From: a virus
Reading direction: 5' to 3' (one strand)
IMG/VR virus record: IMGVR_UViG_3300017917_002441
Location: 85,074-149,073 of that record
Length of the DNA stretch: 64,000 nucleotides
A program made the translations under genes and the position numbers. A model generated the notes under the pieces. The model did no database searches and had not been told where the DNA came from. It saw nothing but the letters and a program-made list of their open reading frames with translations. Below are positions 43,372 to 54,460 of this stretch, piece after piece (the stretch's first letter is position 1; every line of letters begins with the position of its first letter).

Positions 43372-46245
43372 ATGGCACAACAGTTTATTGACATTGGAAA
43401 CACAGCCAATGACGGCTCAGGTGATCCGTTAAGAACCGCATTTACCATCACTAACGAAAACTTTAGTGAACTCTACAATATTGGTGGTATTTCGGGTATT
43501 GCTAACGGCACTTCAAACATTCAAATTATTCAGGATTCTACAGTCAGTATTTCCAGCGCCAACGTGGCCAACGTGCTGGTTGTGTCTGGAACTGGTGCCA
43601 CAGTACAAGGGACATTGCTTGCAAATTCTGCTATTTCTGCCACTGGTAATATCACAGCTTCTGGATTCTTTTTAGGTAACGGTAGTTTGCTAACTGGTGT
43701 GGTTAGCCAAGCCAATGCCGCATTGCTGATTGGCAACACACTCAGTGCCAACGTCACAAATTCTACACTGACCACTGTGGGTGTGCTATCTTCGCTCAGC
43801 GTGGGCGGAAACATTGTTGGCGGTAACATACAGACTCCGGGCACAATCAGTAGCTCAGGTAATATTGTATCGCAGAACTTAAACACTGGCGGCGTAATGA
43901 GCGCCACAGGTAATATTTTTGGAGCCAGCGCAGAATTTACTGGGGCTGTTTCAGCAGTGGGCAACATTGATACTCTGGGCAACATTGCTGGTGGTTATTT
44001 TATTGGTAACGGTAGTTTGCTGACAGGTATCCAAGCCACAACTGGTGCGGCGTTGTTGACTGGTACTACTTTGAGCTCCAACGTTGTCAACAGTTTCTTG
44101 CAAACTGTGGGTACTTTGGACAGTCTTGTTGTAGCCAATAGCCTGGGTGGCACAGGTAACGTCACTGCCAACAACATTTCAGTGGGCATCAGCATCAGTG
44201 CTGGTGGTAACATCACTGGTGGTAATTTGGTTAGCTTGGGCGCAGTAACTGGTGCTAGCTTTAGCACAGCAGGTGATATCACTGGCGGTAACATTACCGG
44301 CAGCCTGACCGACGGTAACATTGCTGCCAACAACATCAATGCCAATACCTTGGTGACTTCTGCCAGTGTTTCTGCATCAGGTAACATCACTAGCGGTAAC
44401 ATCAACACTGGCATTGTCAGTGCCACAGGCAACATCACAGGAACCAATATAATATTAACTGGGTCAGCCAATGCTACCCTGGGCTTCAGTACTTTGGCCA
44501 CTGTCAGTGCCACAGGTAACATCACTGGTGGCAACGTCAATGCCAACAGCGATTTAGTGGCCACTGCCAATGTACGTGGTGTTAACTTGCTGGCATCGGC
44601 CAATATCACGGCCACAGGTAACGTATTTGCCACTACATTCTTTGGCAATGTAACAGGTAACATTTCAGGCAACTTGAATGTCAACGGTAGCAACACTCAA
44701 GTGCTGTTTAACGATGGTGGCAATGCCAACGCCACAGCAGGATTTACTTTTAACAAAGTCAGCAATGCAGTAACAGTGATTGGTACGCTGACTGGTGGCA
44801 ACATTGTATCTCCAGGTAACCTAAGCATCACCGGAGACGCAGTGGTCAACGGCAACCTAACTGTAAACGGCTCTTACGAATACACCAATGTAACCACACT
44901 GGCTGTAGAGGATCCTGTGATCTCCATAGGTCGTGGTGCCAACAACACTCCCTTGGGATCCAGCGACGGCAAAGACCGTGGTGAACAACTCTATTACTTC
45001 GACACCCAAGAACGCAGTGCGTTTATTGGCTATCAAGCATCTAGCAACAAACTCATTGCCGCAATTGAAGCCAGTGTCAACAGTGACATTGTCACTGTAA
45101 CACAATACGGTAACCTAGTAATTGGTAACTTAGAAGCCACTGTGGTTTCTGCATCTGGCAACGTCATAGGTGGCAACCTAAGAACTGCAGGATTTGTCAG
45201 CGCCACTGGCACCATTACTGGAGCCAACATCACAGGCGCTAACTTATTGACCAGCGGCTTAATATCGGCCACAGGCAACGTCACTGGTGGCAACGTTATT
45301 ACTACTGGACTGGTATCGGCAGCTGGCAACATCACCGGTGCTCTAGCACAGTTTCAAACTCTCAACGTCAACACTGTTGCCAACATTTCTGGCAACGTTA
45401 TTGGCGGTAACTTGACCACAGGTGGTATGGTTATGAGTAGTGGCATCATCAGTGCCACAGGAGCCATACAAAGTTCCAGTAACGTAGCTGGTGCCAACGT
45501 CACAGCATCACAGAATGTGTCAGCAACCGGCAACGTCTTAGCTGGCAGTTTCTTTATTGGCGATGGTAGTTTGATCACCAACGTAGTTGCGGCCAACATT
45601 GGAACAATTGGCAGCATCAGTGTAACCGGCAACGTACAAAGCGGTAACACTCGTGCGTCAGGTGTGATCAGTGCAGTGGGCAACATCATTGGCGGAAACG
45701 TACAAACTGGCACAGTGTCAGCCACCACGGTCAGTGCTTCGGGCACTGTAACTGGCGCATCATTGTCATCATTAGGCACTGTGATAGGTACTGGCAACGT
45801 CAGCGGGCAGAACTTGACCACAGGTGGACAGGTATTTGCAACTGGTGCCATAACAGGCGGAAGTTTCTCTACAACAGGTGCCATCAGCGCAGCCGGCACT
45901 GTAACTGGCAGCCAGTTCAACGGTTCAGGTGCAGGGTTAAGTAACTTACCAGGCGGAAACGTATCAGGTACAGTGGGATCAGCCAGCTTTGCATCATCAG
46001 CTAGCACAGCAACCACAGTGACGGGAGCCAGCCAGCCTAACATCACTAGCTTGGGTACATTGACCAGCTTATCCATCTCGGGCGGCCTAGATGTCAATGG
46101 TATTCCAAACTTTAACCAAGGACTGTACATGGTAATTCCTACTAGAAACGGTGACCCGTCTACCAGTACTACTGGTTCATTCTACTTGAATACAAACCTG
46201 GGTAGATTGCGAGCTTATTATTTTAACAGCTGGAACAACGTTTAA
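43372..46245 (+). CDS. Long tail fibre-like protein with SATGNITGGN repeats
   Basis: IDIGNTANDGSGDPLRTAF T4 baseplate/fibre-type N-terminus; many GNI(T/V)GGN repeats. Confidence 0.8.
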   Translation: MAQQFIDIGNTANDGSGDPLRTAFTITNENFSELYNIGGISGIANGTSNIQIIQDSTVSISSANVANVLVVSGTGATVQGTLLANSAISATGNITASGFFLGNGSLLTGVVSQANAALLIGNTLSANVTNSTLTTVGVLSSLSVGGNIVGGNIQTPGTISSSGNIVSQNLNTGGVMSATGNIFGASAEFTGAVSAVGNIDTLGNIAGGYFIGNGSLLTGIQATTGAALLTGTTLSSNVVNSFLQTVGTLDSLVVANSLGGTGNVTANNISVGISISAGGNITGGNLVSLGAVTGASFSTAGDITGGNITGSLTDGNIAANNINANTLVTSASVSASGNITSGNINTGIVSATGNITGTNIILTGSANATLGFSTLATVSATGNITGGNVNANSDLVATANVRGVNLLASANITATGNVFATTFFGNVTGNISGNLNVNGSNTQVLFNDGGNANATAGFTFNKVSNAVTVIGTLTGGNIVSPGNLSITGDAVVNGNLTVNGSYEYTNVTTLAVEDPVISIGRGANNTPLGSSDGKDRGEQLYYFDTQERSAFIGYQASSNKLIAAIEASVNSDIVTVTQYGNLVIGNLEATVVSASGNVIGGNLRTAGFVSATGTITGANITGANLLTSGLISATGNVTGGNVITTGLVSAAGNITGALAQFQTLNVNTVANISGNVIGGNLTTGGMVMSSGIISATGAIQSSSNVAGANVTASQNVSATGNVLAGSFFIGDGSLITNVVAANIGTIGSISVTGNVQSGNTRASGVISAVGNIIGGNVQTGTVSATTVSASGTVTGASLSSLGTVIGTGNVSGQNLTTGGQVFATGAITGGSFSTTGAISAAGTVTGSQFNGSGAGLSNLPGGNVSGTVGSASFASSASTATTVTGASQPNITSLGTLTSLSISGGLDVNGIPNFNQGLYMVIPTRNGDPSTSTTGSFYLNTNLGRLRAYYFNSWNNV

Positions 46246-46254
46246 ACAGGTATT

Positions 46255-49200
46255 ATGGCACAACCAACTTGGATCACACCCGCAGGCAGTTTAGGTGTAA
46301 TACCCGAAGAGGTATTTTACCAGCAAACACTATTGGCCGATGTTCCGGCCATTGGTGCTCCCACAATCACCAGTGGCACTACCGCTGGTACTAATTTAAT
46401 AACCTGCGCCAGCACTGCTGGCGTAGTAGTAGGCTATAGAGTTATATTTTCTGGCACACCGTTTGGTGGATTGCAAGCCAATACACCTTATTTTGTTCTC
46501 ACAGTCAATAGCTCAACTACGTTTACAGTTACAGCTGACCCAGAAACTACCACACCAGTGTCGCTGACAACTGATACTGGCTATCTTGTAACAAACTTTT
46601 ATCAACCAATATACTATCGTCTCATTGCTGGTACACTGCCAGCAGGCGTGCAAGTCAATGCTCGTGGTAGCATAACTGGTGTTCCTCAAGCATTAACTAC
46701 TATCCAAGGCGTGCCTACAGCAGTGGCCACAGACGTTATTAGTAAGTTTGTAATGAGAGCATATACACAAAAACCCGACGGCAGCGTAGACAGAATTGCT
46801 GATAGAACATTTACACTGACTATTACTGGCAACGACGTCCCGCAATTTGTGACGCCGGCTGGGCAAGTAGCAACATACTACGACGGAGATTACGCCAATG
46901 TACAAATTCAAGTTGAAGGTGTGGATCCCAACGAAACCAACATTGTCAGACTAGTTGCTGGTCAACTTCCGCCTGGTACAAGTCTAAGCACCACAGGATT
47001 GATATCAGGGTATATTCAACCAGCACGAAATGTCAACGAACCGCCTGGGTATGATTTAACGCCCAGTGGCAACACGCCGTATGACTTTATTATTTCGGCC
47101 ATTAGCAAAAACTATCAATTTACTTTGGAAGTTACCGATGGCAAAAGCAGTAGCTTGCGAGTGTTTACTATCTATGTTTACAACCGCGATGATCTAACTG
47201 CTGACAACACCACTATCACTGCCGACAACTCACAGGTCACCGCAGACGAAACTACAGAACGTGCGCCTTTCTTGCTGAACTTTGAACCCAGCAGTTTGGG
47301 CATTGTTCGTAGTGACAACTATTTTGCCTATAGATTTGTGGGACAGGATTATGATTCAACCGAAGTTGAATATGCTATCACAGTTAACCAAGGTGTGGGC
47401 TTGCCACCGGGTCTATCACTAGATCGTTACACTGGTTGGTACTATGGTTACATTCCTGACCAAGGTATTACAGAAATTGACTATAGCTTTTATATTCAAG
47501 TACGTGCCAGAACACTGGTGTGCAGTGCTACTGATTCAGCAACTGACCTTATAACGTGTGATACTTCAACCCGTGCTGATTTTTATGTTGGCACCGAAGT
47601 TGTATTTGAAGGTGAAACTTTTGGCGGCATTGTAGCTGGTCAAGTTTATTACGTGTCCACAATTCCTGATGACACACACTTCAGTATCACAGCCACTATA
47701 GATGGCCCAGTGTTGGCATTGACCGATGCCACTGGTGAAATGTTGGCCATACCTGAAGATTTACCACAAAGCATACTGTATCCGTTTACGTTAACTATTA
47801 CTGGTGCTGTGGATCAGGAAGTCACTTGGCTCACAGACAGCTTCCTAGGGTACCTGGAAAACGGTCAAATCAGTTTGTTCAAAGTAGAAGCAGTCAACCG
47901 TGGTGGCCGACGACTGTTTTACAGACTAGGCAGTGGCGACTTTAATCAGTTGCCACAAGGATTAAAACTGTTGGAGTCGGGAGAAATTGCAGGTCGTGCC
48001 AGTTTCAACACATTCAGTCTTGATCTAGGCACAACAACAATTGATGCAAGTCAGAGTACCGTGACTGGCATACAAGAAACAACATTTGACTTGACATTTG
48101 TATTCACTGTCAATACCTTTGCCACAGATCCTTTACAGTTAATCTACGAAGTGGCCAATGTTACTGTGATCAGCGGCGGCTTGAACTATCAAACTGGTAA
48201 CCTTGCTCCGGTAATTGGATTTAGTAGCCCCAAAGGCGCACTGGCCGAAACAGCCGAAGCTCTTGCTGTGGTATCTGGTACCAGCATTGTAGAAATCAAC
48301 GTTACAAATCCTGGTGCCGAATACACCAGCCAGGCCAGTGTTTTTGTTGCACAAGGCTACGGCGGGTCAGGTGCGCAGTTACAAGCCAACATGAGATTGA
48401 CTGGACAAAAAGAAATTGTTTCTGTATTCAAGCAGTTTACTATTAAGTTAATACGTAGATACAACAAGCCTTATCAAAACTTGTTTGTGTTGGCCATGCC
48501 TCCACAAAACGATCGTGTGTTGTTGACTGAACTGTTAAACAATACTGAAATATTTCCACCAGAGTTTATCTATAGACCGGATGATCCAAACTTTGGATTG
48601 GCCACACGTGTGAAGTACCAGCATGCATTTGGCATTGCTCCTGACACTTACGAAACATACATTTCCAGTCTGTATGAAAACCACTACTGGAAAAATTTAA
48701 TTTTAGGCAGTATTAACACAGCACAGGCTATTGACCCCGAAACTGGAGCAGTGGTGTACGAAGTTGTGTACAGTCAAATCATTGATGATTTGGTAAACGC
48801 ACAAGGTCAAAGTGTAAGCAAAGCTGTGGCCCTGCCATATGCTATAGAATTAGACAACGGCACTGAAGTTCGTGTGGTGTACCCCAACAGCCTTGTGAAC
48901 ATGCGAGATCAAGTGATTGATGTTGTGGGACAAATATCAACCAAACTGCCACTGTGGATGACTTCTAAACAAGCTGACGGTCGAGTGTTGGGATTTACTC
49001 CAGCTTGGGTAATTTGTTATACCAACCCTGGCAAGAGTGCGCAAGTTGCATATTATCTCAATCAGTTTGGTCCCGCATTAAACCAAATTGATTTCAAAGT
49101 AGATCGGTACGAACTTGATGCTACTTTGAGTCGCAACTGGGATCCATACACACAAAATTGGACACCAGAAGCCAGCCAAACAACATTTGACCGTATCAAC

Positions 49201-50628
49201 GCCACAGGTTATACTGACATAGGCATTGTCAATGCTTGTACTGAATTAGCATTCAGTGATGTCAATGGTAGAACTGTGGAGTATATCAATGCCCTGGGAG
49301 GGTTAGACGGTGTTACATGGGTAGCATCTGGCAGTATCAGTCCTCCTCCTGGCACCCGTGTAACTGTACGCAACGGTAGCAAAATTATTTTTGTTCGTCA
49401 AGAAAACTACAGCAATATTGATGTTGAACAGGGCTGGAGTAATTTCTTACAACCATATGATGACACGGTGTTTGATTCGGGCACTGTCCCAGCATTTTCA
49501 GGATCGTTTGATTATGCAACACCGGTTCTGGGCGGATTTGCCAGCACATGTTCAGCTACAGATGCCGCAACTGACAGTATTGTTTGTGATACCACAATCA
49601 ACATGACTGTGGGCGACAAAGTTTACTTCACTGGATCTACGTTTGGTGGCATTGACGCCGAAACTGGACTGGGCCTAACTCAAGTATATTATGTTACCAG
49701 CATTGGCGGCTCAAAGTGTACTGCCACAGTTTCCAGCACTGACCGTATTACATGTGCCAGCACTGCTGACTTGTCTGTGGGCGACGAAGTATGGTTCACT
49801 GCGGTAAGAATACTTTCTCAAGCCACTAGAACTGAGTTGTTAGGCAATCAAATAACCTGCAACGATGTCACTGGCTTGGTTGTTGGGCAACCTATTGTGT
49901 TCAGCGGTACTACATTTGGTAACATTGTTTCTGGATTTACATATTATGTTGCCAGCGTCAGTGCTACTACAAAGAAAATTACTATAAGCAACAGCTATCT
50001 TGGGCCAACTTTTAACTTGATTGATGCCACAGGCAACATGGAATATCTTGCAGGCGGCACATTTGGTAACGTAGAAGACCGTTTGCCCAATGGCGAAGCT
50101 CGTGCCTATTTTGTTGTTGAAGTGTTTAGTGCCACACAATTTCAGATCAGTGATATTCCTGGCGGTGTTCCAGTGCAGTTAACCAACAGCAACGGGGCAA
50201 TGACTGTAAACTACGGCAAGTTTCAAGTTAGTGAAACACAGGGCGGAACACCAGTTGTGCTGACAACTGCTTCAGGCACAATGACTGTAAATTACGCAAA
50301 CGATCGCATGGCAATATGGGATCTCACTATTGACGCCAGCGGAGTGTTCCACTTGTCAATTGCTCAAGAAACTGTGTCCAACGACTATGTTACTTCAAGT
50401 CAAGGCGCCAAGTACTCTAGTGGAACGTATCTTTATAGACCAGTTGCACCTGGGCCAGAACTCACAAGAGTTAGCTGGTTGCCGCTAATTACTGCCACAA
50501 CTGTTGTGAGCACAGAAACAACATTTGACAAGAACAGCGTACAGTGGGTTGAGCCAGTTGATATGTACGACCCAAGCGATACCAATGATAAATATCTCGT
50601 ATTTCCCAACGCCCAAATTGTTGAGTAA
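46255..50628 (+). CDS. Large virion protein (baseplate wedge-like) with Ig-like modules
   Basis: PTWITPAGSLG; LPPGTSLSTTGLISG Ig-like repeats; repeated VxFxGxxFGGI...YYV modules. Confidence 0.75.
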   Translation: MAQPTWITPAGSLGVIPEEVFYQQTLLADVPAIGAPTITSGTTAGTNLITCASTAGVVVGYRVIFSGTPFGGLQANTPYFVLTVNSSTTFTVTADPETTTPVSLTTDTGYLVTNFYQPIYYRLIAGTLPAGVQVNARGSITGVPQALTTIQGVPTAVATDVISKFVMRAYTQKPDGSVDRIADRTFTLTITGNDVPQFVTPAGQVATYYDGDYANVQIQVEGVDPNETNIVRLVAGQLPPGTSLSTTGLISGYIQPARNVNEPPGYDLTPSGNTPYDFIISAISKNYQFTLEVTDGKSSSLRVFTIYVYNRDDLTADNTTITADNSQVTADETTERAPFLLNFEPSSLGIVRSDNYFAYRFVGQDYDSTEVEYAITVNQGVGLPPGLSLDRYTGWYYGYIPDQGITEIDYSFYIQVRARTLVCSATDSATDLITCDTSTRADFYVGTEVVFEGETFGGIVAGQVYYVSTIPDDTHFSITATIDGPVLALTDATGEMLAIPEDLPQSILYPFTLTITGAVDQEVTWLTDSFLGYLENGQISLFKVEAVNRGGRRLFYRLGSGDFNQLPQGLKLLESGEIAGRASFNTFSLDLGTTTIDASQSTVTGIQETTFDLTFVFTVNTFATDPLQLIYEVANVTVISGGLNYQTGNLAPVIGFSSPKGALAETAEALAVVSGTSIVEINVTNPGAEYTSQASVFVAQGYGGSGAQLQANMRLTGQKEIVSVFKQFTIKLIRRYNKPYQNLFVLAMPPQNDRVLLTELLNNTEIFPPEFIYRPDDPNFGLATRVKYQHAFGIAPDTYETYISSLYENHYWKNLILGSINTAQAIDPETGAVVYEVVYSQIIDDLVNAQGQSVSKAVALPYAIELDNGTEVRVVYPNSLVNMRDQVIDVVGQISTKLPLWMTSKQADGRVLGFTPAWVICYTNPGKSAQVAYYLNQFGPALNQIDFKVDRYELDATLSRNWDPYTQNWTPEASQTTFDRINATGYTDIGIVNACTELAFSDVNGRTVEYINALGGLDGVTWVASGSISPPPGTRVTVRNGSKIIFVRQENYSNIDVEQGWSNFLQPYDDTVFDSGTVPAFSGSFDYATPVLGGFASTCSATDAATDSIVCDTTINMTVGDKVYFTGSTFGGIDAETGLGLTQVYYVTSIGGSKCTATVSSTDRITCASTADLSVGDEVWFTAVRILSQATRTELLGNQITCNDVTGLVVGQPIVFSGTTFGNIVSGFTYYVASVSATTKKITISNSYLGPTFNLIDATGNMEYLAGGTFGNVEDRLPNGEARAYFVVEVFSATQFQISDIPGGVPVQLTNSNGAMTVNYGKFQVSETQGGTPVVLTTASGTMTVNYANDRMAIWDLTIDASGVFHLSIAQETVSNDYVTSSQGAKYSSGTYLYRPVAPGPELTRVSWLPLITATTVVSTETTFDKNSVQWVEPVDMYDPSDTNDKYLVFPNAQIVE

Positions 50629-50640
50629 CTAGGAACCAGA

Positions 50641-51537
50641 ATGACCAGTGCAATTAACCCAAACAACATTGATACAGAATATCCCGTAGCCGGGCAGGAC
50701 AACAACACCCAGGGATTCCGTACCAATTTTACCAACATCAAGAATAACTTCTTGGCTGCTGAAACTGAAATCAACGACTTGCAAGGCAAAGTCTTGCTGA
50801 AGGCTTCGCTCACAGGCGGAACACTCAACAACGATCTTGGCGGATCATTGATTTACAACGGGCAAATTCAAGATTTTGCACTGTCAAGAGTTGCCCTAGG
50901 CACAGTAACCGGGGTTGCAACCATTAACTATGCATCTGCACATTATCACACCTTGACCACAGGTGGCGCAGTAACATTGACATTTACCAACTTTCCACCA
51001 GCCGGAACAGCGGCTATCGTCAAAGTTCAAGTCACAGTGGCATCAACTGCACATACTCTGGAGTTTCCGGCAGCCGTTACAGTAAACAATGTTGGCATTC
51101 AAGGCTTGACTGTGAGTGGAGTAACTGGTGCTAGTACTATTACTTTTGCAGCCACTGGCGTGTATGAATTTACATTTGAAACTTACACCAACGGCAGTAC
51201 TATTTCTGTCAGCGAGTCCAACAAAGAAATTGCACCATTCAACAACAGCAGTGAAGACCTTGCTCCCACAACCGCGGCAAGCTTGGCAAAAACTGTGAGT
51301 TATTTTACAACTGCTGGTGCAGAAACAGCAACACTGGCAGCCGGAGTTGCTGGACAAATTAAAACATTTGCCATGTACGGCGACAGCGGTGACATGGTAA
51401 TCACTGTTACCAACGCTGGTTGGAAGAGTTCAGGCACAGGCACAATTACATTTGATACTATTGGCGATGCTTGTACCTTGCAATATATCAATGACAAATG
51501 GTTCTGCATTGGCAACAATGGTTGCACGTTTGCATAA
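50641..51537 (+). CDS. Virion structural protein
   Basis: MTSAINPNNIDTEYPVAGQDNNTQGFRTNF; N-terminus paralogous to the next gene. Confidence 0.75.
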   Translation: MTSAINPNNIDTEYPVAGQDNNTQGFRTNFTNIKNNFLAAETEINDLQGKVLLKASLTGGTLNNDLGGSLIYNGQIQDFALSRVALGTVTGVATINYASAHYHTLTTGGAVTLTFTNFPPAGTAAIVKVQVTVASTAHTLEFPAAVTVNNVGIQGLTVSGVTGASTITFAATGVYEFTFETYTNGSTISVSESNKEIAPFNNSSEDLAPTTAASLAKTVSYFTTAGAETATLAAGVAGQIKTFAMYGDSGDMVITVTNAGWKSSGTGTITFDTIGDACTLQYINDKWFCIGNNGCTFA

Positions 51538-51554
51538 AGTAGAGAGAACAGTAC

Positions 51555-53051
51555 ATGACAAGTCAGATTAATCCAAACAACATAGATGGCGCATACCCAG
51601 TTGCAGGCCAAGACAACAACAGTCAAGGTTTCCGAGACAACTTCACCAACATCAAGCAAAACTTTCAGTATGCAGAAAACGAACTCAATGACTTGCAAAA
51701 CAAAGCTATTTTAAAAGCAGCCTTGATTGGTGGCGTTCTTGATAACAACATGAACGACAACCTGATATTTGCAGCCAAGATACAAGACTTTTCGGCAACA
51801 GCAGTCAGCGTGGGTACTACCACAGGTACAGTGCTGTTGAACTATGCATTAGGGCACTATCAATTAATCACAACAACTGGTAGCGTGTCCTTGAATTTTG
51901 CCAACTTCCCCACAACTGGAAGTTATGGTTACATGAAAATTCAAATCAATATCACTAACGTGGCGCACACACTGACACTGCCAGTGTCTGTGAGTCTGGG
52001 TCTTAGTGGTATTCAAGGTATTAGCCCTGGCAATCCTGGCGTCACTAACACAATCACATTTGGTCAGACTGGTAGATATGAATTTGGATTTGGCACCAGC
52101 GATGGTGGAGCAACTATTACACTGTTTGACTTAAACCGTGCGTTGACAAACTTCACCAGTGCTGACATCAACACTGACGATATCACTGCCACTGGTACTA
52201 TTGTAGCAACTGGCAACATCACTGGTGGTAACATTAACAGTCCTGGTCTAGCCAGCATCACTGGCAACGTTGTCAGCGGCAATATTGTAACTGCTGGCCA
52301 AGTCACAGCCGTTGGTAACATTCGTGGTGCTAACGTTACTACAGCTGGCTTAATGAGTGCCACTGGTAACGTGGTGTCTAATTCCAGTGTGTTGGGCTTT
52401 GTTAGACCCAGTGCTGGTACTTCACTAACACCGCCTATGACGTTCACTGCTGGCGGATTAAATTCTACTGTTGCCCCGGGTATTGTTGAATACGACGGTG
52501 TTGTATTTTACACTGCACCTGTGGCCAGCCAACGTGGTGTTTTGCCCAGCGTACCGTTTGTTTGTTTAACCAGTGATTATGTGGCATTGAATTCGTCAGC
52601 GGCTCAAAAGGTATTCAACTCGCCCACAAACGGTGCTATTACATTGCCGGCAGCCACAACTTATCAGTTTGAGGCATTGTACTACATTACTAGAAGTGCT
52701 GGAACCACAAGTCACACCACTGCCGTGAGTTTTGGTGGCACAGCTACATTTACCAGTATTTCGTATGTTGCCGAAGCATGTACAACTACAACCAATGCCC
52801 TGGGTGCAGTTAACCGAATCATTGGTACCAGCGTAGGTGCCACAGTGGTAACAGGCGCAGTAAACACAACCACAGAGTTTATTACAATTAAACTCACAGG
52901 TACATTGAGAACTAACACCGGTGGTTCAGTTATTCCGCAGTTCCAATTCTCGGCAGCCCCAGGTGGCGCACCCACTGTGTTGCGCAACAGCTATTTCATG
53001 CTGACTCCGTTGGGCACTAGCTCGGTATCTTCAGTTGGAAACTGGTCATAA
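51555..53051 (+). CDS. Virion structural/fibre protein
   Basis: MTSQINPNNIDGAYPVAGQDNNSQGFRDNF; central GNITGGN repeats. Confidence 0.75.
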   Translation: MTSQINPNNIDGAYPVAGQDNNSQGFRDNFTNIKQNFQYAENELNDLQNKAILKAALIGGVLDNNMNDNLIFAAKIQDFSATAVSVGTTTGTVLLNYALGHYQLITTTGSVSLNFANFPTTGSYGYMKIQINITNVAHTLTLPVSVSLGLSGIQGISPGNPGVTNTITFGQTGRYEFGFGTSDGGATITLFDLNRALTNFTSADINTDDITATGTIVATGNITGGNINSPGLASITGNVVSGNIVTAGQVTAVGNIRGANVTTAGLMSATGNVVSNSSVLGFVRPSAGTSLTPPMTFTAGGLNSTVAPGIVEYDGVVFYTAPVASQRGVLPSVPFVCLTSDYVALNSSAAQKVFNSPTNGAITLPAATTYQFEALYYITRSAGTTSHTTAVSFGGTATFTSISYVAEACTTTTNALGAVNRIIGTSVGATVVTGAVNTTTEFITIKLTGTLRTNTGGSVIPQFQFSAAPGGAPTVLRNSYFMLTPLGTSSVSSVGNWS

Positions 53052-53095
53052 CCAAAAGATTTGACTTTTAGCTGTGGTCAGCATATAATTGCTAA

Positions 53096-53335
53096 ATGGA
53101 ACATCCTTTAATTGGCAACCTCGATGACTTAACAGTGGATCAGTTGTCCGAAAAAGTCGGAGAGCTTCACAAAAAAATGAGCATTGCCCAAACGACCGGC
53201 AACGGAAATTTGGTGCATCAAATTCGCATGGCCCTGGAAGCCTACAACAACAAGTACCTTGAAAAACTTAACGATAGCTATCAAAAGCAAAACCCAGGTA
53301 ATATTGACTTTGATGGCAAGATCAAAATCGAATGA
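53096..53335 (+). CDS. Hypothetical protein
   Basis: ATG 6 nt after the -10 of TTGACT-N17-TATAAT (apparently leaderless). Confidence 0.75.
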   Translation: MEHPLIGNLDDLTVDQLSEKVGELHKKMSIAQTTGNGNLVHQIRMALEAYNNKYLEKLNDSYQKQNPGNIDFDGKIKIE

Positions 53336-53940
53336 ACGTAAGAATCCAATATGATGTAGAATTCCTTGGTAGCACGTACTCCGAGGATGGGCTTTCCTTA
53401 AACAAATACACGGCCAGTATGTCGCTAGTAACTGGCACCACTGACAAAGTGCAACTCAATGTGGCCATGGAGCGATTAAAATGTTTTGTGTATGCCATAC
53501 TCAAAGATGCTGTGTTTATCAATCAAGCACGACGCGAGCATGCTACACTGTTGCGCATGATGGGTGTAAACATCACTACTTTGCCAGAAGAACCAGTTGA
53601 CCAAATCATTGGCATGATGTTATACTGTAAGCTCAATGCAATCATGGAAGGTCGATTGATTGTTACTGGTGTGGACATCACTAGCGAACAAAGCGATGGA
53701 GTTTGGTACATGCATGACGAAGATGAAAGCATTGGGCCTTTCTCTCAATCAGGTTGGTGGGATCACCCAGGCACACTGAACCACAATGTGGAGTTTGAGG
53801 ACGAAAACGAAAAGATTGTCAAAGTGCCAGTGGAATCTTGGTCAGATTATGAATTGAATTGGCCTGACGCCAACGGTGCGCCAGGTAACATTGTAGTGTA
53901 TGCAAATTTTGGAAAAAATGAAGACGACTCAGTTCGGTGA
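53332..53940 (+). CDS. Hypothetical protein
   Basis: Coupled ORF; LPEEPVDQII motif. Confidence 0.75.
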   Translation: MNVRIQYDVEFLGSTYSEDGLSLNKYTASMSLVTGTTDKVQLNVAMERLKCFVYAILKDAVFINQARREHATLLRMMGVNITTLPEEPVDQIIGMMLYCKLNAIMEGRLIVTGVDITSEQSDGVWYMHDEDESIGPFSQSGWWDHPGTLNHNVEFEDENEKIVKVPVESWSDYELNWPDANGAPGNIVVYANFGKNEDDSVR

Positions 53941-54439
53941 AATTGTGCTTGATGAACAAGACTTGTTTGACTTTGCTATGCAAGGCCACAGTGTTGATCA
54001 GTTGACCAACGTCACCGTAGATGAAAATTTCAATATTGAACAGTTGGCACATGTGTTGGAAAATCCCCAAAGCTTGGTGACTTGGACATTTCCCAACAAC
54101 AGCAACATCGGCGTACCTGAATTTGATCTAAAACAACAGAGTCAGTGGTTCATGCCCCAGGAATATAAAGACCTAGACATTGCTGAATATGTGCTGGGTT
54201 TGTGCGAAACACAAGAGCAACTGCAACGCTGTGGGGATGAGTTGCTGATGTTTCAAGAACGTAACTTGTTTGATTTGTTGCGCTACTTGAAATATCTAGT
54301 GGATACCATGAACGAACATCGCATGATTTGGGGTGTAGGCCGTGGTAGCAGTGTGGCCAGTTATGTACTGTACAAATTAGGTGTGCATAGAATTGATAGT
54401 ATGTTCTATGATTTAGACCCCCAGGAATTCCTGCGTTAA
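53918..54439 (+). CDS. DNA polymerase III alpha (DnaE)-like fragment
   Basis: RCGDEL...YLVD...WGVGRGSSVASYVLYKLGVHRID...FLR; ends before the catalytic DID motif. Confidence 0.8.
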   Translation: MKTTQFGEIVLDEQDLFDFAMQGHSVDQLTNVTVDENFNIEQLAHVLENPQSLVTWTFPNNSNIGVPEFDLKQQSQWFMPQEYKDLDIAEYVLGLCETQEQLQRCGDELLMFQERNLFDLLRYLKYLVDTMNEHRMIWGVGRGSSVASYVLYKLGVHRIDSMFYDLDPQEFLR

Positions 54440-54460
54440 ATACTGTTTTAGGAGAACGCC

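Noticed and set aside
41295-52987. Long antisense ORFs over the fibre genes (e.g. 43995-44696, 45354-46130, 42609-43031)
   Set aside because: Shadow frames produced by the Gly/Asn/Thr repeat codon bias of the real genes.
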